Of a stretch of DNA of 39,911 bases, positions 39,417 to 39,911 are shown piece by piece. Below the pieces are notes generated by a model that did no database searches, was not told the DNA's origin, and saw nothing but the letters and a program-made list of their open reading frames with translations. Made by a program: the position numbers and the translations under genes. Position 1 is the first letter of the stretch. Each line of letters begins with the position of its first letter. This DNA is from an uncultured Muribaculaceae bacterium. Lineage in GTDB: Bacteria; Bacillota_I; Bacilli_A; RF39; UBA660. The stretch lies in contig CAYWED010000003.1 in the NCBI GenBank assembly GCA_964457135.1, forward strand, positions 1-39,911, written 5' to 3'.

Positions 39417-39577
39417 TACTTATACTCCCTATTTAACTCAGTTTTAACTTGTTCTATTTCATTATTAACTAAACTATTTCTATATGCATATGCACTAAGT
39501 AAAGATACCATTAAAAGTAGAAAAACTATTATAAATGAATAAATCACAGTCATTGAAATAAAACCATCTTTTTTCAT
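39416..39577 (-). CDS. 53-aa minor pilin-like protein (ComGG-like, lacks Glu5)
   Basis: RBS AGGTGAG; MKKDG|FISMTVIYSFIIVFLLLMVSLLSAYAYRNSLVNNEIEQVKTELNREYK*; TAATG overlap with the next pilin. Confidence 0.7.
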   Translation of the reverse strand: MKKDGFISMTVIYSFIIVFLLLMVSLLSAYAYRNSLVNNEIEQVKTELNREYK

Positions 39578-39680
39578 ATACTCACCTACTATAAAAAGTA
39601 TATCACAAAATACATCTTATTTGTACATTTATTCCTTCAAAACTATTGAATTTAACTTACTAATTTGGTACAATGTATTC

Positions 39681-39787
39681 ACATGGAGATAATCCATATA
39701 ATATTAAAGGGAGCATTTAGCATTGCTGAATGCCTACCTAATTATGAAATTAGATAGACATCACTCGTCAGTGGTGTCAATTTTTTT
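39681..39787 (+). ncRNA. Putative type I antitoxin sRNA (copy 2)
   Basis: TTGAAT(39646)-17-TACAAT(39669); core nearly identical to copy 1; terminator GACATCAC/GTGGTGTC+T7. Confidence 0.7.
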
Positions 39788-39850
39788 AAGCATCATCAAT
39801 ACTTGCAAAATATCAATGAGTACCAAAATAGCCACAATGTGTCCAACCAC
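39761..39850 (-). pseudogene. Diverged or degenerate homolog of the 13271 toxin peptide
   Basis: VVGHIVAILVLIDILQVLMMLKKIDTTDE* aligns with HYVCVILVLIITCEVVMIFKKNRHH; no upstream in-frame ATG or clear RBS. Confidence 0.5.
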
Positions 39851-39911
39851 GAAACGCCCATCTTTGACACTTTTTAAATATTTTACCCTTCAATCCTAGA
39901 TTTTATCTAGT

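Noticed and set aside
1-39911. tRNA, rRNA or CRISPR-cas loci
   Set aside because: None seen by eye

Overview
Very AT-rich Bacilli-type chromosome segment, standard genetic code. Gene content suggests an uncultured gut lineage such as RF39 (inference). Core genes: parE-yjjX-parC, a SWIM/SNF2 helicase, tex-uppS, mnmA, zupT, xerD, deoB and nusB-xseA-xseB. It also has sporulation genes (spoIVB, spoIIM, ylbJ, with ylbL) and a ComG-like pilin cluster. A canonical Firmicutes-type dif site lies at 29215-29242. The main unexplained structures are: (i) three copies of a dif-like 28-mer hairpin (two within an 87/88-identical repeat) that separate accessory gene remnants (CAP, Schlafen/AlbA_2-RecG-like, TnpB plus omegaRNA); (ii) an apparent ~20 kb inversion, supported by strand bias, a split gene and xseB-spoIVB synteny; (iii) two copies of an unannotated type I toxin-antitoxin-like module with fold-back mRNA pairing and a covarying antisense RNA; (iv) a type III ToxN/AbiQ locus with a single-pseudoknot antitoxin; (v) a 45-aa (S/A/N)-(S/A)-(R/K)-N repeat peptide behind a SigG-like promoter; (vi) tandem paralogous helical-repeat proteins. 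All calls are by eye; no searches were run.
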